Shown one piece after another: positions 44,662 to 56,605 of a stretch of 64,000 nucleotides of DNA; the stretch's first letter is position 1, and every line of letters begins with the position of its first letter. Location: NCBI GenBank assembly GCA_041661645.1, contig JBAZUA010000004.1, positions 69,067-133,066 of the forward strand, in the 5' to 3' direction. Source of the stretch: Minisyncoccota bacterium (GTDB lineage Bacteria; Patescibacteriota; Minisyncoccia; Phycocordibacterales; UBA6065). The notes beneath the pieces were generated by a model that saw only the letters and a program-made list of their open reading frames with translations, was not told where the DNA came from and did no database searches. Made by a program: the position numbers and the translations under genes.

Positions 44662-45870
44662 ATGCTTTTCAATTACAACGCGGTAGAGCAAAGCGGGGTC
44701 GAGTCGAAGGGGTCAATCGACGCAATCTCCCTCGACGTCGCCATCTCGTCCCTTCAGAGGCGCGGCCTCACCATAAAGACCGTCGAGCCCGCAGAGAAGA
44801 CGTCCCTGTTCTCAAGGGATTTTGAAATGTTCTCCCGCGTCTCCTCCAAGGAGGTGGTGGTGCTCTCGAGGCAGCTTTCGACCCTCTTCGAGGCGCAGGT
44901 ATCGGCCCTTCGCGTCTTCAGGCTCCTCTCGGCCGAGGCGGAGAATCCTCTCCTCAGCAAGGCCCTCACCGTCATTGCCGACGACCTTCAGGCGGGCAGC
45001 TCCATATCGAAGGCCCTGGCAAAGCACCCGAAGATATTCTCCGACTTCTATGTGAACATGGTCCGCTCGGGCGAGGAGTCCGGCAAGCTCGACGAGGTGT
45101 TCATCTTCCTCGCGGACCATCTCGATCGAACCTACGAGGTTAACTCGAAGGCCAAGAACGCCCTCATCTACCCGGCCTTCGTCGTCTTCACCTTCTTCAC
45201 GGTCATGATACTCATGCTTACCGTGGTCATACCGAAGATCAGCGGCATCCTCACCGACTCGGGCCAGGCCGTGCCCCTGTACACCCAGGTCGTCATCGGC
45301 GCGTCTGGATTCCTGGTTAACTACGGCCTTTTCATAGTGATCGCCCTCATCATCGGCGCCTTCTTCCTCTTCAGGTTCACCAAGACGGAGGCGGGGAAGC
45401 TCGCCCTCGATGACCTCAAGATCCGCGTGCCCTTCGTCAAGAACCTCTACCAGAAGCTCTATCTCTCGCGCATCGCCGACAACATGAACACCATGCTCGT
45501 CTCGGGCATACCGATGGTGCGTGCCCTCGAGCTCACCGCGGGCATCGTCGGCAATCAGGTCTACAAGGACATCCTCACCGGATCGATGGATGCGGTCAAG
45601 GGAGGCAAGTCGGTCTCGGAGGCCCTTGGGAACAGCAAGGAGATACCGGGCATCATGATACAGATGATCAAGGTGGGGGAGGAGTCGGGAGAGCTCGGCA
45701 AGATCCTGAAGACCCTCTCTGCCTTCTATCGTCGCGAGGTCATAAACGCCGTGGACACCCTCGTCGACCTGATCGAGCCTGCCATGATAGTCGGCCTTGG
45801 TCTCGGCGTCGGCTTTCTGCTCGCCTCGGTGCTCATCCCTATATACAACATCTCATCGAACATCTCGTAG
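44662..45870 (+). CDS. pilC: type IV pilus platform protein PilC (GspF family)
   Basis: Two GspF-type repeats, three TM segments; 402 aa. Confidence 0.95.
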   Translation: MLFNYNAVEQSGVESKGSIDAISLDVAISSLQRRGLTIKTVEPAEKTSLFSRDFEMFSRVSSKEVVVLSRQLSTLFEAQVSALRVFRLLSAEAENPLLSKALTVIADDLQAGSSISKALAKHPKIFSDFYVNMVRSGEESGKLDEVFIFLADHLDRTYEVNSKAKNALIYPAFVVFTFFTVMILMLTVVIPKISGILTDSGQAVPLYTQVVIGASGFLVNYGLFIVIALIIGAFFLFRFTKTEAGKLALDDLKIRVPFVKNLYQKLYLSRIADNMNTMLVSGIPMVRALELTAGIVGNQVYKDILTGSMDAVKGGKSVSEALGNSKEIPGIMIQMIKVGEESGELGKILKTLSAFYRREVINAVDTLVDLIEPAMIVGLGLGVGFLLASVLIPIYNISSNIS

Positions 45871-46030
45871 GCGGGCGGGGCGTTGTCCCCAAGAGGCTTG
45901 CGCTTTACGGCAGATGTTTTGTATAATAGGCAGAGCCGGCGCCTGCCCAAGTGCTTGGAACATCGAGTGTTTGAGCGGGTGCTTCCGGGATAAGTCTTAT
46001 TAGTCAATCAGTTTTCCTTAAAATTTAAGT

Positions 46031-46459
46031 ATGAAATCATCAAAAGGCTTCACATTGATCGAACTTCTCGTCGTCATCGCGATCATCGGTATCCTCTCGT
46101 CCGTCGTTCTCGCTTCCCTCAACAGCGCCCGAGCGAAGGGAGCAGACGCAGCCGTCAAGTCTAACCTCGCAAACATCCGAGCCCAGGCCGAGATCTTCTA
46201 TGACGGAACCGGAAACTCATCGTATACCGGCCTCTGTGGCGATGCGACCATCGCGAATATGATCGCCGCCGCAGGAAAGGCAAACGGTTCTTGGTCTGGA
46301 TGCACCGCTTCCACCACAAACCTTCCCGCCCAGAGCTGGGTTGCCTCAGCCGCTCTCAAAAACCCTACGGCCCCTACCGGATACTGGTGCGTCGATAGCT
46401 ATGGTGCCTCAAAGGAGTCTACCGCTACGACTACCTCAGGTCAGGTAAAGTGTAACTAG
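46031..46459 (+). CDS. pilA: type IV major pilin (prepilin, class III signal)
   Basis: MKSSKG|FTLIELLVVIAIIGIL N-terminal methylation motif; 142 aa; C-terminal Cys pair. Followed by a strong terminator. Confidence 0.9.
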   Translation: MKSSKGFTLIELLVVIAIIGILSSVVLASLNSARAKGADAAVKSNLANIRAQAEIFYDGTGNSSYTGLCGDATIANMIAAAGKANGSWSGCTASTTNLPAQSWVASAALKNPTAPTGYWCVDSYGASKESTATTTSGQVKCN

Positions 46460-46477
46460 TCCCAGGACTTGTTAAGT

Positions 46478-46508
46478 CAAAAGACCGCCACGATGGCGGT
46501 TTTTTGCT
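46478..46508 (+). terminator. rho-independent terminator after pilA
   Basis: AAAAGACCGCCA-CGAT-GGCGGTTTTTTGC. Confidence 0.75.
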
Positions 46509-46565
46509 TTTTGCTTTTCTGATATACTTATTCGCATATACTTTTAATTCCGCTCAAGCATCCCA

Positions 46566-47009
46566 ATGAAATCATCAAAAGGCTTCACCCTCATCGAACT
46601 TCTCGTGGTGATCTCCATCATCGCCCTCCTCTCGTCCGTCGTCCTGTCGGCCCTTAACAGTGCACGGGCCAAGGCTGCTGATAGCGCGGTGAAGGCCTCT
46701 CTGAAGCAGTTGGCTACCCAGGTGCAGAATTATCTGGATACCCAATCTAATCTCGGCGTGAGTGTCACCTCATGTGCGGCGTCCAACCCTACACCCCATG
46801 TTTTTAAGAGCGATGTAAAGATCGTGAGTATTCTCGCGAACATTGCCGTGAATGATGGTGCCGGGACGGTTACCTGTACCACTGATGCAACGGGGCAGAA
46901 GTGGGCTGTGAGCATCTCGGTTCTCAAGGGTGGTGGATCATGGTGTATGGATAACTCGCAGGGCTGGTTCAAGGCCGGTGCGGCACAGGTAACAGGCCTC
47001 TGTAACTAG
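46566..47009 (+). CDS. type IV pilin paralog
   Basis: MKSSKG|FTLIELLVVISIIALL; 147 aa. Confidence 0.9.
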   Translation: MKSSKGFTLIELLVVISIIALLSSVVLSALNSARAKAADSAVKASLKQLATQVQNYLDTQSNLGVSVTSCAASNPTPHVFKSDVKIVSILANIAVNDGAGTVTCTTDATGQKWAVSISVLKGGGSWCMDNSQGWFKAGAAQVTGLCN

Positions 47010-47452
47010 TGAGAATGAGAAAGAACGCCTTCACCCTCGTAGAGCTCCTCATCGTCATCGCCATCATAGGCGTGTTCACGGCGGTGCTCTTTGGGTCGAT
47101 AGCGTCCTCACGCGCGAATTCCCGTGACCACAAGCGCATCATCGACATGAAGCAGATCCAGATAGGCCTAGCCCTCTATTTCGACATCAATCGCGAGTAC
47201 CCTCGTCCCTCGCCGGCATCGGAGGCGTCCGACGTCGGCTCGCTCGCACCGCTCGTGACCCAGAGATTCCTGCCGCTCATACCGGCTGACCCGACCGTCG
47301 GCGCTACATACGAATATTTCACGTCAGGTCTGGGTCGAAAATATTGCGTCGGCGTCAAGCTCGAGAACGTGGCCGGTGCGCCGTCCGAGAACGCCTGCTC
47401 ACTCACCAAGCCTGTCGGATCGGTCGCTAACTACTGGGGGCAGAACAACTAG
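47009..47452 (+). CDS. type IV pilin-like protein
   Basis: MRMRKNA|FTLVELLIVIAIIGVF; 147 aa. Confidence 0.8.
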   Translation: MRMRKNAFTLVELLIVIAIIGVFTAVLFGSIASSRANSRDHKRIIDMKQIQIGLALYFDINREYPRPSPASEASDVGSLAPLVTQRFLPLIPADPTVGATYEYFTSGLGRKYCVGVKLENVAGAPSENACSLTKPVGSVANYWGQNN

Positions 47453-47458
47453 ACATCG

Positions 47459-48265
47459 ATGACCCTCATCATACTCATCCTCGCGGCGTTCGGCATTATC
47501 ATCGGCAGTTTTCTCAACGTCGTCATATTGAGGTTCAATACGGGCATGTCCATAAGCAAAGGGAGGTCAAAGTGCTTCTCCTGTGACAAGACCCTGCGTT
47601 GGTATGAGCTTTTTCCTCTGGCAAGCTTCATCCTGCAGAGAGGGAGGTGTCGCGGCTGCGGCTCGCGCATCTCCTGGCAGTACCCCTTGATCGAGCTTCT
47701 CGGCGGCCTCGCCCTGCCTATCGCCTTTATCTATTCGCCACTCGTGCCAAATGTCATCCTGAGCCTGGCGCTTTTCGCCCTCACCGCCAAGCTTCTCTTC
47801 GTCTACATAGTCATCTGTGCCTATGACTTCCGCCACAAGATCATCCCCGACTTCTTCTCGTACGGGGCGGCGCTCATCGCACTCGCGGCCATTGCGCTCG
47901 AGTGGTGGGGAACTGGAGTCTTTGACTGGACGAGGCTCGTTGCCGGTCCGGCCCTGGCGGCATTCTTTTTCTTCTTCTGGGCGGTGTCGCGCGGCAGGTG
48001 GATGGGCCTTGGCGACGCCAAACTGGCCCTGTCGGTGGGATGGTTCCTCGGCCTCTCCCAGGGCATATCGGCGATATTGCTCTCGTTCTGGACCGGAACG
48101 ATCATCATGATTCCGATCATGGTCTATCAGAGGATCACCCGCAAGAAAGGCGCCCTTGGCATGGGGAGCGAGATACCCTTCGGCCCCTTCATCATCCTCG
48201 GCTTCCTCCTGTCCTTCCTTATGCACATAGACATTCAGTATCTTGCGACGCATTTGGCGGTATAA
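47459..48265 (+). CDS. pilD: prepilin peptidase PilD (A24 family)
   Basis: N-terminal CxxC...CRGCGSRISW zinc motif, polytopic membrane protein, 268 aa. Confidence 0.9.
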   Translation: MTLIILILAAFGIIIGSFLNVVILRFNTGMSISKGRSKCFSCDKTLRWYELFPLASFILQRGRCRGCGSRISWQYPLIELLGGLALPIAFIYSPLVPNVILSLALFALTAKLLFVYIVICAYDFRHKIIPDFFSYGAALIALAAIALEWWGTGVFDWTRLVAGPALAAFFFFFWAVSRGRWMGLGDAKLALSVGWFLGLSQGISAILLSFWTGTIIMIPIMVYQRITRKKGALGMGSEIPFGPFIILGFLLSFLMHIDIQYLATHLAV

Positions 48266-48274
48266 TAGGGAAGC

Positions 48275-48871
48275 ATGAACAGCACATGGGCAAAAGGCTT
48301 CACCCTGGTCGAGCTCCTCGTCTCGATTGGCATATTCACCATCATCACGGCGGTGTCTGTGTTCAACTACTCCTCCTTCAACGCGAGCATCCTCCTCACC
48401 AACCTCTCCTATGAGATCGCCCTCTCGGTCAGGCAGGCGCAGTTCTATGGCATCAATGTCAGGCAGTCGACGACCGACAACAAGTTCGATTCAGGATACG
48501 GCGTCCACTTTGACGACGACTCGACGTCATACACGCTCTTCGAGGACACCAACAAGAATCATGTTTACGACAGCGGGACGGATGTCAGTCTGAATTCGTA
48601 CACCATACAGAGGGGGAACAAAGTCTCCAAGCTTTGCGTCGTGACTTCGGTGCCCCCGGTGAACTGCACGCTCACCCTGCTTGATCTCTCGTTCATCCGT
48701 CCCAATCCCGACAGCTTCATAAACAAGAATGGCATCGCGGACGACTGGAAGACCAGTGGTGCCCAGACCGCGATCATCTGCCTGACATCACCAAACAAGG
48801 TGCTGAGGAAGGTCGTCGTCGAGTCCACGGGCCAGATATCGGTGTCGACCAGCGCCCCTGAATGCATATAG
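48275..48871 (+). CDS. minor pilin / pseudopilin
   Basis: KGFTLVELLVSIGIFTII prepilin N-terminus. Confidence 0.8.
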   Translation: MNSTWAKGFTLVELLVSIGIFTIITAVSVFNYSSFNASILLTNLSYEIALSVRQAQFYGINVRQSTTDNKFDSGYGVHFDDDSTSYTLFEDTNKNHVYDSGTDVSLNSYTIQRGNKVSKLCVVTSVPPVNCTLTLLDLSFIRPNPDSFINKNGIADDWKTSGAQTAIICLTSPNKVLRKVVVESTGQISVSTSAPECI

Positions 48872-48894
48872 CAATGACCATGACCAAGTACAAC

Positions 48895-49446
48895 ATGACA
48901 CAATCCGGCGGCAAGGCATTCACCCTCATCGAGGTTATGGTGTCCGTCTCCATATTCGCCACGGTCATGCTCGTGGCCACGGGCGCCGTATTCAGCATCG
49001 TCGAGGCGAACAAGAAGGCACATTCGGTAAAGTCCGTCATGACCAATCTCAACTTTGCCCTCGAGAGCATGTCCCGCGACATACGAGTCGGGTCGAATTA
49101 CAGATGCGGCGATCCAAACACGGGCGGAGACTGCATCGATGGGGATACCAGATTCACCTTCATCGCCAATCGCGACATAAACGGGGACGCCGTCGTGAAC
49201 CTCTCCGATTGGGTGACGTACTCAAAAAGCGGCACGGGAATAGACAAAGAGACAGGTCTCGGCACCACGCGCATAACTGCCCCGGAGATACAGATAGCCA
49301 ATCTCAAGTTCTATGTGTCCGGCACCTCGGCGGGAGGCATTCAGCCAAAGGTCAACATCGTCATCCAGGGATATTCGGGCTCCTCGACGGTGAGCTCGAC
49401 CTTCAACATACAGACGACGATCTCCCAGCGACCATCAGATTCATAA
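48895..49446 (+). CDS. minor pilin / pseudopilin
   Basis: MTQSGGKA|FTLIEVMVSVSIFA. ORF track start at 48862 overlaps the upstream gene; ATG at 48895 preferred. Confidence 0.75.
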   Translation: MTQSGGKAFTLIEVMVSVSIFATVMLVATGAVFSIVEANKKAHSVKSVMTNLNFALESMSRDIRVGSNYRCGDPNTGGDCIDGDTRFTFIANRDINGDAVVNLSDWVTYSKSGTGIDKETGLGTTRITAPEIQIANLKFYVSGTSAGGIQPKVNIVIQGYSGSSTVSSTFNIQTTISQRPSDS

Positions 49447-49450
49447 TCAT

Positions 49451-50038
49451 ATGAGAAACACCTTTTCACCCAAAAACGCGGGGTTCACGCTTGTCGAGTC
49501 GATGGTTGCCGTCTCGATCCTTTCGGTTGCCATAACGGGACCCCTTCTCATCGCCCAGAAGGGAATCGCCTCGGCCGTATATTCCCGCGATCAGGTGACT
49601 GCCTCATATCTTGCGCAGGAAGCCGTCGAATACATCAGGAACGCCCGTGACACCAACGGCAACAACGGCTCCTCGTGGCTGAACGGCTTCGACGCCTGCG
49701 TGTCGCCGAATTTCTGCGTCATCGACGCGCGCTACCCTGATTTCACCACCGTCGATGGCTCTGGCCTGCCCCTGGCGGTCAAGGGCTGCACGGGCGTAGG
49801 CGGTATCTGTCCCAACATCTCCCTCAACAAGAGCACTTCCGGCATCGGTGCCGGTCTCTATGGATATGAATCGTCCGCCAACGGATTCACGACGACGCCC
49901 TTCGTCCGAGCGGTGTCTCTCGTTATGGTTGGCGGCGGGCAGGACCAGGCCATACTGACGGTGAGGGTGTCATGGACCACTGCACTCTTCACGCCCGTGA
50001 AGCAGTTCGTGGTCAAGGAGGTACTCTTTAACATATGA
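49451..50038 (+). CDS. minor pilin / pseudopilin
   Basis: NAG|FTLVESMVAVSILSVAI. Confidence 0.8.
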   Translation: MRNTFSPKNAGFTLVESMVAVSILSVAITGPLLIAQKGIASAVYSRDQVTASYLAQEAVEYIRNARDTNGNNGSSWLNGFDACVSPNFCVIDARYPDFTTVDGSGLPLAVKGCTGVGGICPNISLNKSTSGIGAGLYGYESSANGFTTTPFVRAVSLVMVGGGQDQAILTVRVSWTTALFTPVKQFVVKEVLFNI

Positions 50039-50580
50039 CAGACATGAACACCACCGTCACCACAAGGAAGCAGAGAGGGTTCGCCATGCTTTTCGCCGTG
50101 CTCACCTCGAGCGTGCTGCTCTCGATCGGTCTTTCCATATTCAGCCTGACCGTCAAGGAGCTCGCCCTGTCGTCGGCCGGAAAGGAATCCCAGATTGCCT
50201 TCTATGCGGCCGACAGCGGGGTCGAGTGCGCCCTGTATTGGGATATCACCAAGGCGGCATTCGCCACGTCTTCGAGTCCGCTCGCGAGCCCGACTCTTGA
50301 ATGTGCCGGACAAGACGGCTTGGCCATATCAGAGGTGAAGGGCTCTTCCGCCGCCACCACGACCTTCTCGTTTGCCCCGACCGATGTCACCCCCTATGAT
50401 TCCGTGACGCCCTGCGTCTTCGTCAGCGTCGCCAAATATGTTTCCGGCGGGTCGTCAAAGACCCAGATACAGTCCCGCGGATACAATGTGGGATATGAGA
50501 CGACCGGGCCGACTCCCGAGAACAAATGCACGGGACCGGACACCCTCAAGGTCGAGCGCGCCCTTCTCGTGAACTACTAA
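50035..50580 (+). CDS. PilX-like minor pilin
   Basis: RGFAMLFAVLTSSVLLSIGLSIF N-terminus typical of the PilX N-terminal domain. Confidence 0.7.
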   Translation: MTDMNTTVTTRKQRGFAMLFAVLTSSVLLSIGLSIFSLTVKELALSSAGKESQIAFYAADSGVECALYWDITKAAFATSSSPLASPTLECAGQDGLAISEVKGSSAATTTFSFAPTDVTPYDSVTPCVFVSVAKYVSGGSSKTQIQSRGYNVGYETTGPTPENKCTGPDTLKVERALLVNY

Positions 50581-52651
<2,071 letters not shown>

Positions 52652-52878
52652 AAAGTTTTTATCTTCTTCGGTTGATTGTTGTAATAGCCTATAGATAGGT
52701 GTTTTTCATACATGCTCTGCCGGCAGCCGAACTGTTTTCAGGGCTTGGGTATCGCTCACGTCATGATGCTTAGTGGGAGGTGCCGACTTCGACCGAGGCG
52801 ACTCGGAAGAAATACCACGCATCAAACCCTCTCGCGATGTTCGGATGTAGCGAACAGGGTGGGATTACAACACCGCAT

Positions 52879-52911
52879 AAAGCCGCCTGTCAGGCGGCTT
52901 TATGTTCTCTT
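52879..52911 (+). terminator. rho-independent terminator
   Basis: AAAGCCGCC-TGTCA-GGCGGCTTT followed by ATGTTCTCTTT. Confidence 0.65.
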
Positions 52912-52953
52912 TAGGATATTTTCAGCCTTCTTTCATCACTGTTTTGTTATGGT

Positions 52954-53688
52954 GTGTCGATGGAAATAGAGTCTTTCGGTTTAAGATTATCGGATTACGA
53001 TAAAATATGGAGTAAATTCTGCTTTCTCGATGAGACGGGTAGTTTGGCTGACTGGAAAGACCCATATTTTACGCTCGGTATACTCAAGATGAGTCAGCCT
53101 TACTATCTTCAGAGCAAGATATCCTATGAACGTAATAGGAGAAATTTTCATGATGAGTTGAAGTTCAATAAATTATCGAGACTCAATATTGATTTTGCCA
53201 AATGGGTTTTGAATTCACTGTTCGAGACTAGGAGTATCAATTTTTACTCTCTCACGATAAGAAAGGGTGGCGCATACTTTATGGACAATCTCAATTCAGA
53301 CCAGTGGAGTGCATATGAAAATCTTACGATTAGATTGCTCGATATGGCGCTTGGGAATAGTGAAATCCTCATACTCATCGCCGACCACATCACCGTGCCC
53401 AAAGAGATTAAGTTTGAAGTTAATACCAAGAAGAATTTCAATACGCTGCAAAATAGGTTTGCTCTTGCTGGAGTTTGTCGATTCGATTCAAAATCGAATG
53501 ACCTCCTCCAGGTAGTTGATTTATTGATCGGTGCGATTACCTATGATGTAAAGTACACAAACGCTATCGTCTCAGGGTCGCGGTATAAGATTGAGCTCGT
53601 AGACTTTCTGAAGAAATTATTAGGAGTAGATACGTTTGAAGGTGGCTTTCGTGGTGAGAAATTTTGGATTTCTCTCGAAGAGGTTTAG
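52954..53688 (+). CDS. DUF3800-like protein on a low-GC (about 36%) singleton island
   Basis: N-terminal CFLDETGS resembles the DUF3800 hDESG motif. 244 aa. Strong compositional contrast with flanking ligA and gatC. Confidence 0.5.
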   Translation: MSMEIESFGLRLSDYDKIWSKFCFLDETGSLADWKDPYFTLGILKMSQPYYLQSKISYERNRRNFHDELKFNKLSRLNIDFAKWVLNSLFETRSINFYSLTIRKGGAYFMDNLNSDQWSAYENLTIRLLDMALGNSEILILIADHITVPKEIKFEVNTKKNFNTLQNRFALAGVCRFDSKSNDLLQVVDLLIGAITYDVKYTNAIVSGSRYKIELVDFLKKLLGVDTFEGGFRGEKFWISLEEV

Positions 53689-53838
53689 GCAAATGAAAAA
53701 GGGCAATCGTCCAATCGGTCGACGCCCTTTCTCGGTACGTATTGGATTATAACTTGGGGGAGGTTTTTTGCAAGTACTAAACACCCCAGGAGAGTGAGGT
53801 GTTTAGTATGGCTCTATATCTTGTGATATAGTGTTTCC

Positions 53839-54120
53839 ATGATAACGAGAGAGGACATAGAGAAGCTCGCGACCCTGTCGCGGCTCAAGCTTTCCGAGGA
53901 CGAGATAGCCCGATTCCAGGGCGAGATGTCCTCGATTTTGGCCTATGTGGACAAGCTGAAGGCCGTCACCGGCTCCGAGTCTGGTCCCGTCATGTCCGTC
54001 AATAGAAACGTCCTGCGCGAGGATGCGAATCCGAATCCGAGCGGGGCGTATACTCGAAAGCTCGTTGACCTCGCCCCTCAGCACGAGGGCGATCACGTCA
54101 AGGTGAAGAAAATACTTTAA
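53839..54120 (+). CDS. gatC: Asp/Glu-tRNA amidotransferase subunit C
   Basis: 93 aa; ITREDIEKLATLSRLKLSEDEI...YVDKL typical of GatC; immediately upstream of gatA. Confidence 0.9.
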   Translation: MITREDIEKLATLSRLKLSEDEIARFQGEMSSILAYVDKLKAVTGSESGPVMSVNRNVLREDANPNPSGAYTRKLVDLAPQHEGDHVKVKKIL

Positions 54121-54122
54121 AC

Positions 54123-55613
54123 GTGCCGCATATTTTTATGGATCTCACCAAACTCACCATCGTTCAAGCGCATGAAGGCCTCGTCAAGGGCGACTTTACC
54201 GCGCGACAGCTCGCCGAGGCGCATCTCAAGGCCATTGCGGAGAAAGACGGCACCATTGGCACTGATGATGTGGGCGTTCACGCCTATCTCGAGGTGTATG
54301 CCGACGTCCTTGCCCAGGCCGACGCAGCCCAGAAAAAAGTTTCTCCGGAAAATATGCTCGCAGGCATTCCGATCGCCATAAAGGACAACATCCTGATTGA
54401 CGGAAGGCGAGCGGGATCGGCCTCGAAAATCCTCGAGGGATATATCGCGCCTTACGATGCGACTGCCATAACTAAGTTAAAGGAAGCGGGAGCTGTCTTC
54501 ATCGGCCGCGTGAACATGGACGAGTTTGCCATGGGTGGGTCGACCGAGAACTCGGCGTATGGCGTCACCAGGAACCCTCGAGATCTTTCACGAGTGTCGG
54601 GCGGTTCTTCCGGCGGCTCGGCCGCTGCGGTCGCGGGCGACATGGCCATCGCCGCCCTCGGCTCGGACACCGGCGGATCTGTTCGCCAGCCGGCGAGCTA
54701 TTGCGGCGTGGTCGGGCTCAAGCCGACCTATGGATCGATCTCACGCCACGGCCTCATGGCTATGGGATCATCCCTCGACGTCATCGGCCCCGTCGCCAAG
54801 ACCGTCACTGACGCCGAGATCCTGTTCAATATCATGAAGGGTAAGGATGCCTATGACAGCACCTCTATAGACGTTGAGACGATTCGGGCAACGGCTGGCG
54901 CGGGCAGCATTGCCGGCGCTGATAAGAAGCCCGTTATCGGCGTACCTCGACATTTCCTGACGGGCGGGGGAATTGATGCTGCCGTCATGTCTGCCTTTGA
55001 CGCCTCTATCGAGAAATTCAAGGCGCTCGGCTTTGAGGTGAGGGATATCGAGCTTCCGAATATCGAGTACTCCCTCGCCGTCTATTACGTTCTCATGCCT
55101 GCCGAGGTCTCGACTAACCTGTCCCGATTCGATGGCGTGAAGTACGGCGCCCACAAGGATGGGGCGAACCTGACCGAGGACTATTTCCTGACTCGAGGCG
55201 AGGGCTTTGGCCGCGAGGCTCGTCGCCGCATCATGCTTGGCGCCTACGTTCTCTCGTCGGGATACTATGATGCCTATTACAACAAGGCGAACGCCGTGCG
55301 CGAGCTCATCAAAGCCGATTTCGCGAGGGCGTTCGCCGCTGACGGCTTTGGCGTCGATGCCATATTCACCCCAACCGCCCCTGCGCCTGCCTTCAAGATA
55401 GGCGAGAAGGTCTCTGACCCCGTCGCCATGTATCTCGAGGACATCTTTACCGTCACCGCGAACCTCATCGGCGCCCCGGCCATATCCATTCCCGCGGGCG
55501 AAAAGGAAGTCGACGGAAAGAAACTTCCCATTGGCATACAGCTCCTGGCCGCGGAGGGCAGGGAGGACACGCTTTTCACGCTCGGCAAGACTTTTCTCGG
55601 CGAAAAAGTATAA
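54123..55613 (+). CDS. gatA: Asp/Glu-tRNA amidotransferase subunit A
   Basis: Amidase signature GGSSGGSAAAVA, Ser-cisSer-Lys triad context, 496 aa. Confidence 0.95.
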   Translation: MPHIFMDLTKLTIVQAHEGLVKGDFTARQLAEAHLKAIAEKDGTIGTDDVGVHAYLEVYADVLAQADAAQKKVSPENMLAGIPIAIKDNILIDGRRAGSASKILEGYIAPYDATAITKLKEAGAVFIGRVNMDEFAMGGSTENSAYGVTRNPRDLSRVSGGSSGGSAAAVAGDMAIAALGSDTGGSVRQPASYCGVVGLKPTYGSISRHGLMAMGSSLDVIGPVAKTVTDAEILFNIMKGKDAYDSTSIDVETIRATAGAGSIAGADKKPVIGVPRHFLTGGGIDAAVMSAFDASIEKFKALGFEVRDIELPNIEYSLAVYYVLMPAEVSTNLSRFDGVKYGAHKDGANLTEDYFLTRGEGFGREARRRIMLGAYVLSSGYYDAYYNKANAVRELIKADFARAFAADGFGVDAIFTPTAPAPAFKIGEKVSDPVAMYLEDIFTVTANLIGAPAISIPAGEKEVDGKKLPIGIQLLAAEGREDTLFTLGKTFLGEKV

Positions 55614-55634
55614 AAGGTGTAGAATAGAGCGAGC

Positions 55635-56216
55635 ATGGACTCGATAAACTTCCTCAATCTCGAATACATATTCCTGCGCATAGCGGGCTTCTTCAAAGGC
55701 TTCGACATCGTCGCCATCCTCAACTCCATAATCAAGTTCATCGGCCTCATCACGCCTGTGGCCATCGTTGTCGCCCTCTTTCTTCTCTACGTCATCCTGT
55801 ACGCCTACATCCGACTGAAGAAGCTCGAGAAGGTCGAGGAGAAGAAATTCCACGCCCTGCGCTTTAGGGAGGTTTCTGCCGAGCACGGCAACGATCCCGT
55901 GCTCAACCAGAAGTGGATGCAGGTCGAGACCCACATCAACTCGACGAATCCGTCCGACTGGAGGCTTGCCATACTTGAGGCAGATATCATGCTGGGCGAT
56001 GTCCTGAACAAGATGGGGTATCAGGGCGATTCGATCGGCGAGCAGCTCAAAGGTGTTGAGGAGAGCGACTTCCTGACCCTTCAGGATGCCTGGGAGGCCC
56101 ACAGGGTCCGAAACCAGGTCGCCCATGAGGGAAGCGACTTTCAGCTGAACGAGAGGGATGCCAAGCGCATCATAGGCCTTTACAAGAAGGTTTTCAGCGA
56201 GTTTTTCTATATATAG
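55635..56216 (+). CDS. membrane protein with C-terminal HEPN-like (Rx4H) domain
   Basis: Two N-terminal TM helices; C-terminal AWEAHRVRNQVAHEG contains an R-x4-H motif. Confidence 0.45.
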   Translation: MDSINFLNLEYIFLRIAGFFKGFDIVAILNSIIKFIGLITPVAIVVALFLLYVILYAYIRLKKLEKVEEKKFHALRFREVSAEHGNDPVLNQKWMQVETHINSTNPSDWRLAILEADIMLGDVLNKMGYQGDSIGEQLKGVEESDFLTLQDAWEAHRVRNQVAHEGSDFQLNERDAKRIIGLYKKVFSEFFYI

Positions 56217-56277
56217 GGCTATCGCATCGCCGCCACTTGCGCCAAATTTTTAGGCGTTGTATACTAATCACCTCAAT

Positions 56278-56348
56278 AGCGGGGTAGAGCACCGGTAGCT
56301 CGACAGGCTCATAACCTGTAGGAGGTGGTTCAATTCCACCCCCCGCAA
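56278..56348 (+). tRNA. tRNA-Met (CAU), initiator-like
   Basis: AGCGGGG/CCCCGCA acceptor with a 1:72 A.A mismatch. Anticodon stem ACAGG/CCTGT with loop CTCATAA. T-arm GGTGG-TTCAATT-CCACC. Close to the E. coli tRNA-fMet layout. Confidence 0.85.
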
Positions 56349-56356
56349 CAAGTAAG

Positions 56357-56388
56357 TAAAACACCCCGACATTCGGGGTGTTTTCTTT
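56357..56388 (+). terminator. rho-independent terminator after tRNA-Met
   Basis: AAAACACCCCG-ACAT-TCGGGGTGTTTTCTTT. Confidence 0.65.
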
Positions 56389-56605
56389 GATCTGATGACG
56401 AGAGGGTGAAAATGACCCTTCCGACATTTTCCTCGACCGGAGAGATGCGGAAACGCCTGCTCGAGGCCGTCCTGTGACGGAGGGTCTTGCGGCCGCGTTT
56501 CCCGTGTGTTTGGTTGCTTCAAAATTATTGCAATTAGCATGTGCGAGAATTAAAATATCTTTGATACGCGGTCTTATTTATTAAAATTTCTTAAACAGAC
56601 AACGC

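Noticed and set aside
56400-56600. NrdR box upstream of nrdD
   Set aside because: Only a weak AT-rich palindrome (TTATTGCAATTAG) is present; it does not match the 16-bp NrdR consensus well enough to call.
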